NCBI GenBank assembly: GCA_964632485.1
Contig: CAZWDO010000003.1
Span: 218,204 to 282,203 of the forward strand
Origin: an uncultured bacterium
Lineage (GTDB): Bacteria > JAGOEH01
DNA: 64,000 nucleotides
Reading direction: 5' to 3'
The position numbers and the translations under genes were made by a program. This document shows, in pieces, positions 1 to 10,664 of the stretch. Positions within the stretch are counted from its first letter, which is position 1. Every line of letters starts with the position of its first letter. The notes under the pieces were generated by a model that saw only the letters and a list, made by a program, of their open reading frames with translations, made no database searches and was not told the DNA's origin.

Positions 1-3000
1 GGTACGGCTGGCAAACCTACGTTGAATTCGGCCGTCCGGTCGACATTCAGAACCTCAACGCCGGCGCCACATTGCCGTTTATCCGCTTCTGGGTTGCTGC
101 TCGTCCTTCTGGCTGTTGCGACAGTCCCGAAGGTTCGATGGATCCCAGTTTGGGTGTGGATCTGGCTAACGCCGCAATGACCAATCGCGCCAATTGGGGC
201 GATGAATTCTTTTTTGGAATGTTCCCGGATCTGTTTGGTCCGTGGATGGGTACTCAGGACGGAGAAGCCTATTCTCCATACCGTATCCTTCCCGGAACCG
301 ATTACACAGCTTGTCCGGAGATTCTGGGCGGCGGCACAACCTGGGAACCGGATCTCTTCGAGGTTCGTCCGTCCCTGTTGCTGCGTCCCCGCACCAAAAC
401 CGGCGCCGCGGCCTGGACCACGGTTGACGGTTCGGAAGCTTCGTGGAACAACAAGGCCAATGATAATTCCGTTCCCGCCATGTGGGATGTCCCCGGTTTG
501 ATTCATGGTTGGCAAGGTAATGTGGGTCCTGTGGTCGCCATTGTTGACCCGATGGTCTCCACTGCCTATGCCACTGTTGATTACACCGATGATGGCGATG
601 CAATTTATGAAGCGGCCGACTGGGCTGACGACATGGCGATCCCTACCGGGAACCGTTATGCCTATTCCAGCCAGCAGACTGCTACTCAGGGTGGCGTTTA
701 TACCAACGTCCCGCCTTACACAACCGATTCGATTCAGGTGATCACCTGGGTGATGCAGGATCTCGACAACTGCGCGGATGACACTACGATCCATATCGCC
801 GTTGATACGGGTAACTCCGTATTTGATAACAGCGCCGACTGGTTTGGCAGCGCCGCCAGCGCCGCCGGTATCACCAATAGCGATGCGATCCATTTGGGTA
901 TCGACTCGGTGATTTTCATTGATGACGATAATCGCGGAATCAATCAACGGACCAATGAATTGGGCAACGTGATCGATTATTCGACCGTCAACAATGATCC
1001 GTCCACCTATGCTGATGCTCGCGCTTTATTAGCCATGGGCGGCGCCGGCGCGCATCCCTTCGTGGTTACCAACCGCGCCAATTGCGGTGTGACGTTGATC
1101 CGCGATACCGCGTTATGCGTTGATACCTTGATTTTCAATATCTACCACACCGATATGAATTTGACCGCGGTCGGCGAAACCGATCTGCGCGATTTCGTAT
1201 GGCGTGATGGTATGGTTGTGACTGCCCGGTTGTATGTGAAAGACCGCGGCGGAAATACTGTTTATACGAATTACAGCAAAGCTACCGTTAATAACAATTT
1301 TGTCGGCCGTCCGACTGAAGCCTGGATTACAGCCGGCTATGTGGAAACACGCTTTGCCGTCGATTTGTCCGCGCCGATCGCCAAGATGACTTGCCCCGAG
1401 TACATCAACCGTCCGGGACTCGATTATCAGCCGATACGCGTGGTCAATACGACCGATCCGATTATTCGCATTGAAATCAAAGATGCCTTTTTAAGCGACA
1501 CCACCAATTCTGCGACTAAAGTGGTCAATTGTAATGGTGAAAACCTTTACCCGACCTACCAGCGCAGTGGCGGTATTAATTCCAACGCGATTTATGTGCA
1601 TGATGACAACGCGCATTGGGATGACGCGCTTGCTTACCATTCACCGACGTATGCCCAGTTGACCTCCGGTATCTGGCGTACGAACAATGGTCGCGATGCG
1701 ACACTGGCCCCGGCTCCGGGAACCGGTTTCGATACAACCAACTTCGCGATTCTTTTGACCGTATGGGATTGCGATAACAGTTTAGCGACCGATGACCGCT
1801 TCGATCCGACCAACTTCGGTTGGGATGACGATGAAGATTGGGACACCGACGCCCAGGGTATCTGGGAAGGCGCCGCCGCTCAGGTTTTTATCTGGGAAGT
1901 GGAAGCCGCCAATGGCGTAACGTACGCCAAAGATGCGACTAATCCTCAGAATGGTATCCTCAGCATCAATCTGGCTGATGATTATTTTGACGCATTGGGC
2001 GCCGATACTGAAGACGGCGATGTGATCCTGGTAGAAATCGTCGATGCCGCCCTGGTAGCCGCAAATCGCGTTGCCTGGGGTCATGCTGCTGTTCGCTCCG
2101 ACGGTATTCATGATCAGCCGAATATTCTCTGGAGTCGTTATACCATTAATGATAACCAGTCTTCTACTGATCTGGATGCTGACGCTGAACCAGATTATGC
2201 CGCCGCTACCGCAAACGCGGATGATAACGGCGTATTCCTGCGCGACGACAACTGGTGGTACAACCCGTTGGATGCCCAGAATGTCCCGTTGAACTACCAG
2301 ACGTTTAATTTTCCTACTGGCGTCAATGGCGCCAACCATGAAGCTTTTAATGAAGAGCTTTGCGAACGTTTTAAATTCCGTTTTGGCAATTTTCAGGCCA
2401 ATTTCAACTATGCGTTCGGCAACCCGAACAAGCATTTCCTCCGTTTGGATGAAACCGACAGCGACGATGACGGCGATCATGACGCTCCGGAATACGAATG
2501 GCAGGTTGGGCTTGCCGGTGCCGGTGCCGAAGGTGATTTCCTTGGCTTAGGCTGGTATTTCGCCGATGACGCGCTGCTCGACGCCAATTTGGATGTCGAT
2601 GGCCGCGAACAAGACGGTTATACCTACGCTTCCGATACTCTCGGTTGGTTCTACGTTGATATGACCGGACCAATCGTTGATCTGGAATCGGTATATCCGT
2701 TTATGCGCCGCACCGATGATGGCGATGCCACTTGGTTTGAAAATAACATTGACGGCGCTGTCGCCGGTCATGATGAAGTGGCTACCAATGCCGAAAATCT
2801 TTATTCCTATACTTCCGATCCGTATCAAGTTATTTCGCTTGATCTGGCTGATCTTTCCTGCCGTTTCTATTCGCGCGATTTCGCGGCCGGCATGTCGATG
2901 AGCTCGGTAAAGATGCGGATTAAAGTAACCGCGTGCGACGGTACTTACCACCCGTGGTTTGGACCGAACGGAACGGTTTTCTCGATTGGCAATGGCAACC

Positions 3001-6000
3001 TGGTATCGGCTGATGAGGCCCCTGCTGATTGCCCGGCCTTCTATTTCGACCGTCCCACTGATCTGAACGAAGGCGCTGATGGCGCTGTCGTAACCGATCA
3101 GGCCGCTGACCGCGATCTGGACGATGACGGAACCCCCGATATCGTTGAGAAAGTATTAGGCCGCGTGGGTGGTACAAATGCAGACGATTATGATCTGGCT
3201 GCCGTAACACCGCAGACCCGTATCGTTTTCGACGCGCGTTTAGGCGCCCGTGACACCGAAAACCGCTTGGGATTCGGCACGAGCGAACCTCGTTATCGTT
3301 TCCGCGACGGTGATATGGTTTGCGTGAGCGTGTACGCAACCGATGTCGCCACTGGCGATTGCGACGATAACAATATCGGTAATGAAATCATCAATGAAGC
3401 CGCTTCTGAAAACGGCAATGTAATTACCGATAGCAATTATTTCAAGTACACCTTTGCCGTAGATACCAAAGAACCCACTATTGCCATTCAGAACAGCAAT
3501 AACTGGATGGAATTGGGTTGTAATAACGCGTATGTAGATATCCGCCTCAGTGATGTCTGTGACGAATGTTTTCAGAGCAACCAGTGCGGTGATGTGGCTG
3601 CCGGCGTTGATTCGCTTTTCCTGCAGCTTGAATTCACCCCGCAAGGCTCTGCAACATCGCAACTCAATCGCATTGCCGTCGGTATTTCCGATCTCACCAA
3701 TGCCGCTAATGAATGGGATCCGGTGCTTGAATGGCTGAACCCCGGCATGGAGTGGAATCTGAATAACGCCGCTGCGACTGATCTGTACGGCGCTTTCCTC
3801 GAAGATGCCGAGATCACGGCTGATGCAGCAGTTGATGCGGATTTGCATAAGCATAATGAGTATGCCAGTTCAGCGAACGAAAAAGCAAAATTTAACCATT
3901 ATACCTTGCGTTTATGGTTTAATTGCGATTACGTTGATGATGGCGATATGATCAAAATTTCTGCCTGGGGCCGTGATGCGATTGATGTACCCTGGTACCC
4001 GATTAACAGCGGTTGGGAAAACGGCGGACAGCTCGGCGCGGCCGATCTATCCGAACACCTTTTCCCGCAGGCTTTTGACCGCGTTCAGCAATTGGGCGCC
4101 ATCAACCATTGGTCCACCGCCGATGGCGATTATTATTACGATGACGGCTTATACAATGATATCGAATTCGATACCTATAACTATCGTCGTCATTTTGAAC
4201 ATCCCAACTTCGATATCGACACCGCCCGTTTGAACGGGACGACAGCCGAATGGCGCTGGGATAACAACACGACGCCGACTCGCACCTGGGGTTATTTCAC
4301 TCAGAAGAGTCCGGCTGATTTCTGGTGGCAGGGTCCGTTATACGCCGTTGCCAATGGTACTAATGATTGGCGTACCGGTGTGAACGCTACTGCCGCTTTC
4401 TTGAAGGACAGCACAAACACCGTCGTCAGTTACAATTATGGTAACAGCGATACGCGCAATCGTATGTACGGATTCCAGTATATTCACTGGTACAACGTAT
4501 GTCCGTGGGCGCTGGATTATCTTGCGCAACGCGATTCGTTGCTGACTATCGGCGCCAACAAAGTCGGTAGCTACCGAATTGCCGGCGAACATGTCGGTGA
4601 CAACAACCTCTGGGATCGTGGCGATGTCGGAACGGTTGATGATGCCTGGGTGCCTGGTTCAAACTGGACAGATGTCTTCCAGTATGATATGACGGACTAC
4701 GATTGGACCGATCTGGATTCGATCATGGTAGCCAACGCCGTGCACCACAACTGGGCAAAGCCCGTGGAATCCAATACGATTACCGTCGTATCGAATTCCA
4801 ATCTGTCCCGTGTGTATGATGAAGACTGGAGCACTCGTACGGCTCATGAAGATTGGGCTTGGTCCAATCCTGCCGCGACCAATATCGCTCATAGCGCGCC
4901 TTATGCGGCGTCCTACGGTGATGTTATCCGCGCGGCTGTCGTTGGCAGCGATGTCGATGGCAATGTGATCCGTCAGTATCGCACTGGTTTAGTCGATACG
5001 ATTATGGTTGATTTCCGCTCATGCTGGGATTTCAACTATTGTCATGAACCGATTGCCAACGATACGACCGTCGGTTTTGCCATGGAATGTTACGACAAAG
5101 ACGGTAACATTAAATGGTACTGGCCGTACAAAGTAGATGATATCCGTTATGGCACGGGTAATACCCACGCCAACTGGGAAGCCGCGTTCGCGACCGATAA
5201 AGCCGCCGCTAATGCTAGCGGATTTGCTCCGATCGCTTATCGTTGGTTCGATTGCGATTGTCCCGGATGTAATGGCGTTCGCTGGGCCGCCCTGGCTGAC
5301 AGCGGCTATTGTGGCGCCAACAACTATCGTTTAACTGTTGATCTTAACCAGTTAATTACCTGGAAGACCAATGGCGATTCCGTATGGTTGTCCCGCGGCA
5401 ATACCACTACCGCCTATGCTGATGGCGACAGTGTAATTTGCTACACCTATCTCAGCACGACCGCGACCGATGTCAATGCCGATGATCACAAGATCATCAC
5501 CAGTTGGTACTATCTGATCGATCAGATGGCTCCAGTGGCTAATTTCAATGACATCGAAATGTACACTCCGACCACATCGACGCAGTTGGTTGGTACAGTT
5601 TTTGGTTGGAACTACTACAGTGGACCTTCCACCGGCAATATCGATATGGCCGTTACTGCCCGCACTGCCAGTCTGGCGACTCCAGAATTTTTGGGACTGA
5701 GCGCCAAGGGTGAACAGAACATGGGTCTGGAAGCCAAGCGTTACGATTTCGTACGTATGGGCTTAGCCAATGCCATGGACTATGAAACCCAGCGTACGAT
5801 CGCCGGAACGCAGTATATCTCCAAGGTCGGTTTGACCGGTACTGCCACCGATGTTCGCCATGTAATTGGTAAACAGGAAGCCGGCGTATTGCTGGATGGT
5901 AATGTTTGGACTCAGGATGCCCCTGATGCCAACGTACTGAATATCCCCAATACGATCTGGAACACCCATTACGGCGAAGCCTATGGCGGCGGATATCGCG

Positions 6001-9000
6001 ACACCACTTATTGGGGCGCTGTATATGTTCATGATCAACGCACCAATGTTCGCGAATACATTGATACCCTCAAGTTCTATCTGCAGGATCGTTTAGGCAA
6101 TACCTCGACCTATACCCGCACCTACGTCGTAGATAACATTCTGCCGAAGATGGTGTGGAACTATTGTAATGGTAATCTGAACAAGCAGATGAACCTGAAT
6201 GAAACCGGAAACGATGGTTATTTCGGTTACTGGTTGAATGGCGAAGGCACCAACACCGATTACGATTATACCAGCGAAATGGCTGATTTCGTCGATACGT
6301 TGGGTCTTGCTATTTATCAGGCCAGTGATGCCACGACCACCTGGGAATGGGTGGATGTACTGGCGCTCAAAGGCCATCGCAGTTATACCCCCAATACAGA
6401 CAATTCAGCGGCGGATGCCGATACGATTAAGAATGTCTGTAAGGGTCAAATTTATGTAGTCGTTAATTTTAACGATCTGATGTATACCTCCAAGCTTGAC
6501 GGACATACCTTCTCTTCCGCTGGCGCGGTTAAAATTAAACCGCAGACCGGAGCCTGGAAGAACGTCAGCGCGATTGCCGGAGACCAAGTGACTCGTTTTG
6601 CCGAGAAACTGGCCGGATGGGGCAATGTACCGATTTTGGTCGCACAGGCCAATATGGGTGAAGCCATCAGTGAAATCGCTGTTGCCGATTCCAAAGACCG
6701 CGAAATGCTGGCTGAAAAGTCGAAAAATGCTCAGTTGAGCGCGAAGTATTATGACCAGGATGGCTGGTTGGATGAAAATACCTGGGTTGGTGGCATTTAC
6801 ATCGATACCACTACCGGCTGGAACGGCACTGCCCGTATGTCGGTTGTTGGATTCTATGATAAAGCCGGCAACAAGATGGTAGAAGACACCAGTTTGTGTT
6901 TCTACATCGAGTTCATGACTTCCCAGGGCGACATCATCATCGCCAATCCGGATGCTGACGACATCTATCCAGATGCCGCCAACAGTTGTCAGAATTATAT
7001 TATGATGGAAGATACGGTTATCAACCGTTCCGCTGTCAGCTCCCATTACTGGTTCTACGCGACCAATGGCGTTTATGGTGGAGATTACGGCGCTGATAAC
7101 CAGTTTGACGCTCCGACCGCTTTCAATGCGTTTGGCAGCGTAACTCCCGCTACGAATGCCGCTACTCCGAAACGCGTGCTTTTGTCGCAGGACCGCGCGG
7201 TTGTTTACACCTATTTCCAGGGTAACGCCGCTACGTATACCGACGATTTCGTCACTCGTCAGGACGTCCAGTTCAAGGCCGCCATCGCCGGTATGTCCGG
7301 TTGTGTGGATTCGATTGCCAAGACGGTCGCTCCGATCGAAGTCGATTTCGAGGATCCCGCCGTTTCTATTCTGACTGCGGATATCAACGTGCGTACTGCT
7401 GTTAGCAGCTATCGCAACCTTTATATCGAATCAGAATATTACGACGATGTAACGGCTTACTACGATACCGATGACGCCACCCAGGCCGCCTTGGCTTTCG
7501 GTGAAATCACTGCCGTATCCTTTGCCGTTAAAGATATTACCCGTGGCGATGCTGCTTTCACAACCATAGATTATGCAACCTATACCGATCCGACGCCGGA
7601 AACCGGTTTAGGCTGGGCTTTGGAACTTGATTCCTTAGTAAAATATGGTTTGATTGCCAGCGTTTATGATTCGCTGCACATTCAGTTAACCGCGACTGAC
7701 AATGCGTGCAATACCGGCACCGCTGTCGTTCCGGTTCCGCGTTTGATCTACATGCCGGCTCTGCTGGTCCGTGGACGTTCGCATGTAACGGGCGTCGATC
7801 CGTTGGAAGACGCTGTTCGCTCCGCGAAGTTTGAAGGCCTTGGCGCGGGTTATGCCCGTGAAATCTGGCCGCCTTTCTTCATGTTCAACGAATCGATGGA
7901 AGCTACGGTTACCGATGCCTACACGACACCGGCCAACCCGATCCGTATTCTCGATAGCCTCCAGGTGACGACCTTCACCCATTACAATGAAGCCGATATG
8001 AATCCGGACGTCAATGATCCGTTTGGTCATCTGTTCACGACCACCAAGCGCGATTATCCGGGCGATTCGCTTTACCTTGTATATTTTGACGAAGGTAATT
8101 ATCTGGGAGCCACCGACGATGTTTTCTTCATCGTCGAAGGCGCTGAAGTTGCCAATGGTATCTACAATCCGGGCGTAAAATTCTCCGCTCAGGCTGAAAA
8201 TCCTGAATGGGAATTGGCTGCCCAGCAGACTACCGTTGACGGCGTTACTTTCTGGTATGCCAAGCTGGAACTCGAAGACGAAGACTATGACCAGGATCAG
8301 TTTGTCCAGGTTACCGTTCGCGTCGATACATTGACGACCGGCAAAGCCTACTCGAAGAAGTTCACCGATTATACTTGGTTCCTGTTGGATACCGAGGATC
8401 CGATTTATGATGTTACCTATACCGACGATCAAGGTGTTGATCTCAAACAGGTAGCGACTGCCGTTCAGGTGCTGAACACCGAATCGCAGGGTGGCTACTC
8501 AGTAGATAAGACTTTGGCCGACGCTGGCGACATGGTTTGGATTACCAATGGACAACGCATACACGCCCTGGTTGATATGAATCAAACCATGAGCGCGTTG
8601 GGCGAACCCGTTGAAGCTACTGCTCGTATGTGGAAGCATATTAACGTTGATTTTGAAGCTCCGACTCAGGTGAATATGCGTTCATCCGATGAAGCTTTCC
8701 AGATCGATGTTGATACGCAGACCTACAGCAATTTCAATAACTGGTTAGACAAAGATTCCGTCAAGATTTACGACTTCATGACCTTAATTAACAACAGCAA
8801 TCCTGCCAACAGCGGATTTGCCTGGGTTAAGGTTGAAGAGCGTGATGCCGCCGGTAACTATGTCCGCGACTGGTCAACTGACAAGTGCACGGGCTTGGTA
8901 GTCTATTTGGATACCAAGAAACCGAGCGCGCCGAATGCAGAAAAACTGGGCGCTTATGTCCCGACCGCTTTAGCTGCCAATAATGGTTATGGCGCTGATA

Positions 9001-10469
9001 AAGCCGGTATCCAGGTGCAAGCCATGGAATCCGGTGTAACCGTTTTCGGTTACGTAGGCGCTGCCATTGATGATAGCTGGCCGACTTCGCTGACCCAGCC
9101 CGATAACAGTGTAACGGTTTATATTTATGAAGATGCAACGACCGCCACTCCGTTGGCCACTGCGGTAGCCAAGAATGACGGTAGTTTCACCGTAAATATC
9201 GCCGATGCCACTGAAGACGATGTGTTCTATGTTGCTATCGCTGATTACGCCGGTAATATGTCCGATCGTACCATGGTCACCACCACCGCTATGATCACGC
9301 AGATGATTCCGCTCAATCAGGGCTGGAACCTCTTCAGCGTAAACGTGATGGGTGATGATCTGCAGAAAGTGCTGAAAAATGAGAACGCTGGCCTTTACGC
9401 CAACAGTTTCTTTTATTTCTACACTGAAATGCGCGATGGGACGATTAAATCCTATAAGAAAGAAGATATGGAAGCTCTGCAAGCGACCGATCTGACCGTT
9501 TCTTTAGGAGAAGATAATCTGGCTTACTGGATCTATATGCTGAATGCCGATACCCTGGAAGTTACCGGAACTCCTGTTGATCCGGTCACTGAGATCGAAT
9601 TGGCCGACGGCGTATGGAACTATGTGGCTTACCTGCCGACCACTTCCGCCAAGATTAGCGGCGCTTTCAGCGTAGCTACTCTGGAAAACGTTGATGCGAT
9701 CGCTTCCGATGCATGGCGTACCGATGTGGTTGAAGGTGTTGCCGCTTCCGACAATATGATGTACCCTGGTAAGGGTTATCTGGTTCTGCCTGGCGCCGAA
9801 GGCGTCACTATCGCTTATGCTGCTCAGGGCGCTTTGGCGAAAGCCGAAACCGCTCCCGCGCGCGTCAGCGAAATGGTTGCTTCCCGCTACATGCAGGCTT
9901 TTACCGGTGAAGCCATGTTCTATGGCAAACCCGCCTACGAAGGCGACAAGGTCGAAGTCTTCAACGCCAATGGCGTCAAGTGTGGCGAAGGCTCCGTTGA
10001 CAAAAACGGCCGCTATGAAATCCTCGTTTATGGTGATGATCCTGTCAGTGATGCCGACGAAGGTATCGCGTTGGGTGAAACCTTCATCGTTCGTATCAAC
10101 AACGAAGAAGCTGTTTTCGACAATGCGCCGCTGTATGCCGGTGACCTGAGCAAGAAAGCTCTGAACCTGAATGTTCAGAAACCGTTGCCGAAGGTTTTCA
10201 GCCTGAACCAGAACGTCCCGAACCCGTTCAATCCGTCCACGATCATATCGTACGATGTTCCGAAAGCTGCTCATGTATCCCTGGTTATTTACAATAATCT
10301 CGGTGAAAGAGTATGCGCTTTGGTGAATGGCGCCAAAGAACCTGGAACCTATACGATTCGCTGGAACGGCGAGAACCAAAAGGGCGAAAAAGTAGCCAGC
10401 GGTGTTTATTTCTACAAGATGAAAGCCGGGGATTTTGAAGATTCCCGTCAGATGATGCTTGTAAAATAA
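1..10469 (+). CDS. Giant secreted/cell-surface protein (>3465 aa, 5'-truncated by the window edge) with a C-terminal T9SS type-A sorting domain. It is Asp/Asn/Thr/Trp/Tyr-rich and carries multiple DxDxDG-like putative Ca-binding motifs.
   Basis: The reading frame is open from position 3 to the stop at 10469, with no in-frame stop upstream of the annotated TTG at 72. The C-terminus reads ...NQNVPNPFNPSTIISYDV...GVYFYKMKAGDF...LVK, typical of a Por/T9SS C-terminal domain. Acidic motifs include DYTDDGDA, DSDDDGDHD, DLDDDGTPD and DYVDDGDM. A terminator follows the gene. Confidence 0.8.
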   Translation, partial: YGWQTYVEFGRPVDIQNLNAGATLPFIRFWVAARPSGCCDSPEGSMDPSLGVDLANAAMTNRANWGDEFFFGMFPDLFGPWMGTQDGEAYSPYRILPGTDYTACPEILGGGTTWEPDLFEVRPSLLLRPRTKTGAAAWTTVDGSEASWNNKANDNSVPAMWDVPGLIHGWQGNVGPVVAIVDPMVSTAYATVDYTDDGDAIYEAADWADDMAIPTGNRYAYSSQQTATQGGVYTNVPPYTTDSIQVITWVMQDLDNCADDTTIHIAVDTGNSVFDNSADWFGSAASAAGITNSDAIHLGIDSVIFIDDDNRGINQRTNELGNVIDYSTVNNDPSTYADARALLAMGGAGAHPFVVTNRANCGVTLIRDTALCVDTLIFNIYHTDMNLTAVGETDLRDFVWRDGMVVTARLYVKDRGGNTVYTNYSKATVNNNFVGRPTEAWITAGYVETRFAVDLSAPIAKMTCPEYINRPGLDYQPIRVVNTTDPIIRIEIKDAFLSDTTNSATKVVNCNGENLYPTYQRSGGINSNAIYVHDDNAHWDDALAYHSPTYAQLTSGIWRTNNGRDATLAPAPGTGFDTTNFAILLTVWDCDNSLATDDRFDPTNFGWDDDEDWDTDAQGIWEGAAAQVFIWEVEAANGVTYAKDATNPQNGILSINLADDYFDALGADTEDGDVILVEIVDAALVAANRVAWGHAAVRSDGIHDQPNILWSRYTINDNQSSTDLDADAEPDYAAATANADDNGVFLRDDNWWYNPLDAQNVPLNYQTFNFPTGVNGANHEAFNEELCERFKFRFGNFQANFNYAFGNPNKHFLRLDETDSDDDGDHDAPEYEWQVGLAGAGAEGDFLGLGWYFADDALLDANLDVDGREQDGYTYASDTLGWFYVDMTGPIVDLESVYPFMRRTDDGDATWFENNIDGAVAGHDEVATNAENLYSYTSDPYQVISLDLADLSCRFYSRDFAAGMSMSSVKMRIKVTACDGTYHPWFGPNGTVFSIGNGNLVSADEAPADCPAFYFDRPTDLNEGADGAVVTDQAADRDLDDDGTPDIVEKVLGRVGGTNADDYDLAAVTPQTRIVFDARLGARDTENRLGFGTSEPRYRFRDGDMVCVSVYATDVATGDCDDNNIGNEIINEAASENGNVITDSNYFKYTFAVDTKEPTIAIQNSNNWMELGCNNAYVDIRLSDVCDECFQSNQCGDVAAGVDSLFLQLEFTPQGSATSQLNRIAVGISDLTNAANEWDPVLEWLNPGMEWNLNNAAATDLYGAFLEDAEITADAAVDADLHKHNEYASSANEKAKFNHYTLRLWFNCDYVDDGDMIKISAWGRDAIDVPWYPINSGWENGGQLGAADLSEHLFPQAFDRVQQLGAINHWSTADGDYYYDDGLYNDIEFDTYNYRRHFEHPNFDIDTARLNGTTAEWRWDNNTTPTRTWGYFTQKSPADFWWQGPLYAVANGTNDWRTGVNATAAFLKDSTNTVVSYNYGNSDTRNRMYGFQYIHWYNVCPWALDYLAQRDSLLTIGANKVGSYRIAGEHVGDNNLWDRGDVGTVDDAWVPGSNWTDVFQYDMTDYDWTDLDSIMVANAVHHNWAKPVESNTITVVSNSNLSRVYDEDWSTRTAHEDWAWSNPAATNIAHSAPYAASYGDVIRAAVVGSDVDGNVIRQYRTGLVDTIMVDFRSCWDFNYCHEPIANDTTVGFAMECYDKDGNIKWYWPYKVDDIRYGTGNTHANWEAAFATDKAAANASGFAPIAYRWFDCDCPGCNGVRWAALADSGYCGANNYRLTVDLNQLITWKTNGDSVWLSRGNTTTAYADGDSVICYTYLSTTATDVNADDHKIITSWYYLIDQMAPVANFNDIEMYTPTTSTQLVGTVFGWNYYSGPSTGNIDMAVTARTASLATPEFLGLSAKGEQNMGLEAKRYDFVRMGLANAMDYETQRTIAGTQYISKVGLTGTATDVRHVIGKQEAGVLLDGNVWTQDAPDANVLNIPNTIWNTHYGEAYGGGYRDTTYWGAVYVHDQRTNVREYIDTLKFYLQDRLGNTSTYTRTYVVDNILPKMVWNYCNGNLNKQMNLNETGNDGYFGYWLNGEGTNTDYDYTSEMADFVDTLGLAIYQASDATTTWEWVDVLALKGHRSYTPNTDNSAADADTIKNVCKGQIYVVVNFNDLMYTSKLDGHTFSSAGAVKIKPQTGAWKNVSAIAGDQVTRFAEKLAGWGNVPILVAQANMGEAISEIAVADSKDREMLAEKSKNAQLSAKYYDQDGWLDENTWVGGIYIDTTTGWNGTARMSVVGFYDKAGNKMVEDTSLCFYIEFMTSQGDIIIANPDADDIYPDAANSCQNYIMMEDTVINRSAVSSHYWFYATNGVYGGDYGADNQFDAPTAFNAFGSVTPATNAATPKRVLLSQDRAVVYTYFQGNAATYTDDFVTRQDVQFKAAIAGMSGCVDSIAKTVAPIEVDFEDPAVSILTADINVRTAVSSYRNLYIESEYYDDVTAYYDTDDATQAALAFGEITAVSFAVKDITRGDAAFTTIDYATYTDPTPETGLGWALELDSLVKYGLIASVYDSLHIQLTATDNACNTGTAVVPVPRLIYMPALLVRGRSHVTGVDPLEDAVRSAKFEGLGAGYAREIWPPFFMFNESMEATVTDAYTTPANPIRILDSLQVTTFTHYNEADMNPDVNDPFGHLFTTTKRDYPGDSLYLVYFDEGNYLGATDDVFFIVEGAEVANGIYNPGVKFSAQAENPEWELAAQQTTVDGVTFWYAKLELEDEDYDQDQFVQVTVRVDTLTTGKAYSKKFTDYTWFLLDTEDPIYDVTYTDDQGVDLKQVATAVQVLNTESQGGYSVDKTLADAGDMVWITNGQRIHALVDMNQTMSALGEPVEATARMWKHINVDFEAPTQVNMRSSDEAFQIDVDTQTYSNFNNWLDKDSVKIYDFMTLINNSNPANSGFAWVKVEERDAAGNYVRDWSTDKCTGLVVYLDTKKPSAPNAEKLGAYVPTALAANNGYGADKAGIQVQAMESGVTVFGYVGAAIDDSWPTSLTQPDNSVTVYIYEDATTATPLATAVAKNDGSFTVNIADATEDDVFYVAIADYAGNMSDRTMVTTTAMITQMIPLNQGWNLFSVNVMGDDLQKVLKNENAGLYANSFFYFYTEMRDGTIKSYKKEDMEALQATDLTVSLGEDNLAYWIYMLNADTLEVTGTPVDPVTEIELADGVWNYVAYLPTTSAKISGAFSVATLENVDAIASDAWRTDVVEGVAASDNMMYPGKGYLVLPGAEGVTIAYAAQGALAKAETAPARVSEMVASRYMQAFTGEAMFYGKPAYEGDKVEVFNANGVKCGEGSVDKNGRYEILVYGDDPVSDADEGIALGETFIVRINNEEAVFDNAPLYAGDLSKKALNLNVQKPLPKVFSLNQNVPNPFNPSTIISYDVPKAAHVSLVIYNNLGERVCALVNGAKEPGTYTIRWNGENQKGEKVASGVYFYKMKAGDFEDSRQMMLVK

Positions 10470-10494
10470 GCGCCTCACGCATAGACTGATAAGT

Positions 10495-10526
10495 GGGTCA
10501 GGGCGCGAGCCCTGGCCCCCTTTTTT
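10495..10526 (+). terminator. Rho-independent terminator after the giant gene
   Basis: GC-rich stem gggtcagggc/gccctggccc with a gcga loop, followed by cccccTTTTTT. Confidence 0.5.
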
Positions 10527-10664
10527 CAGTTATTGCCTTGCGATACCTGAAAAAAGGGAAGCACCAAATAAAACCGACCAAGAAAAGGAGGCGCTGCTTC
10601 GGATCTTTTACACACGTCTATTGTTTCAGTTAACCAAAAACGCTCGTCAAAACGGAGGGTTTAA

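Noticed and set aside
166-10482. Numerous 60-330-aa ORFs on both strands inside the giant gene (for example 166-603-, 1782-2480-, 7686-8432-, 9504-10478-)
   Set aside because: They are fully embedded in or antisense to a continuous 10.4-kb coding frame that carries a recognisable T9SS C-terminal domain. They are Arg/His-rich antisense artefacts of a GC-biased frame.
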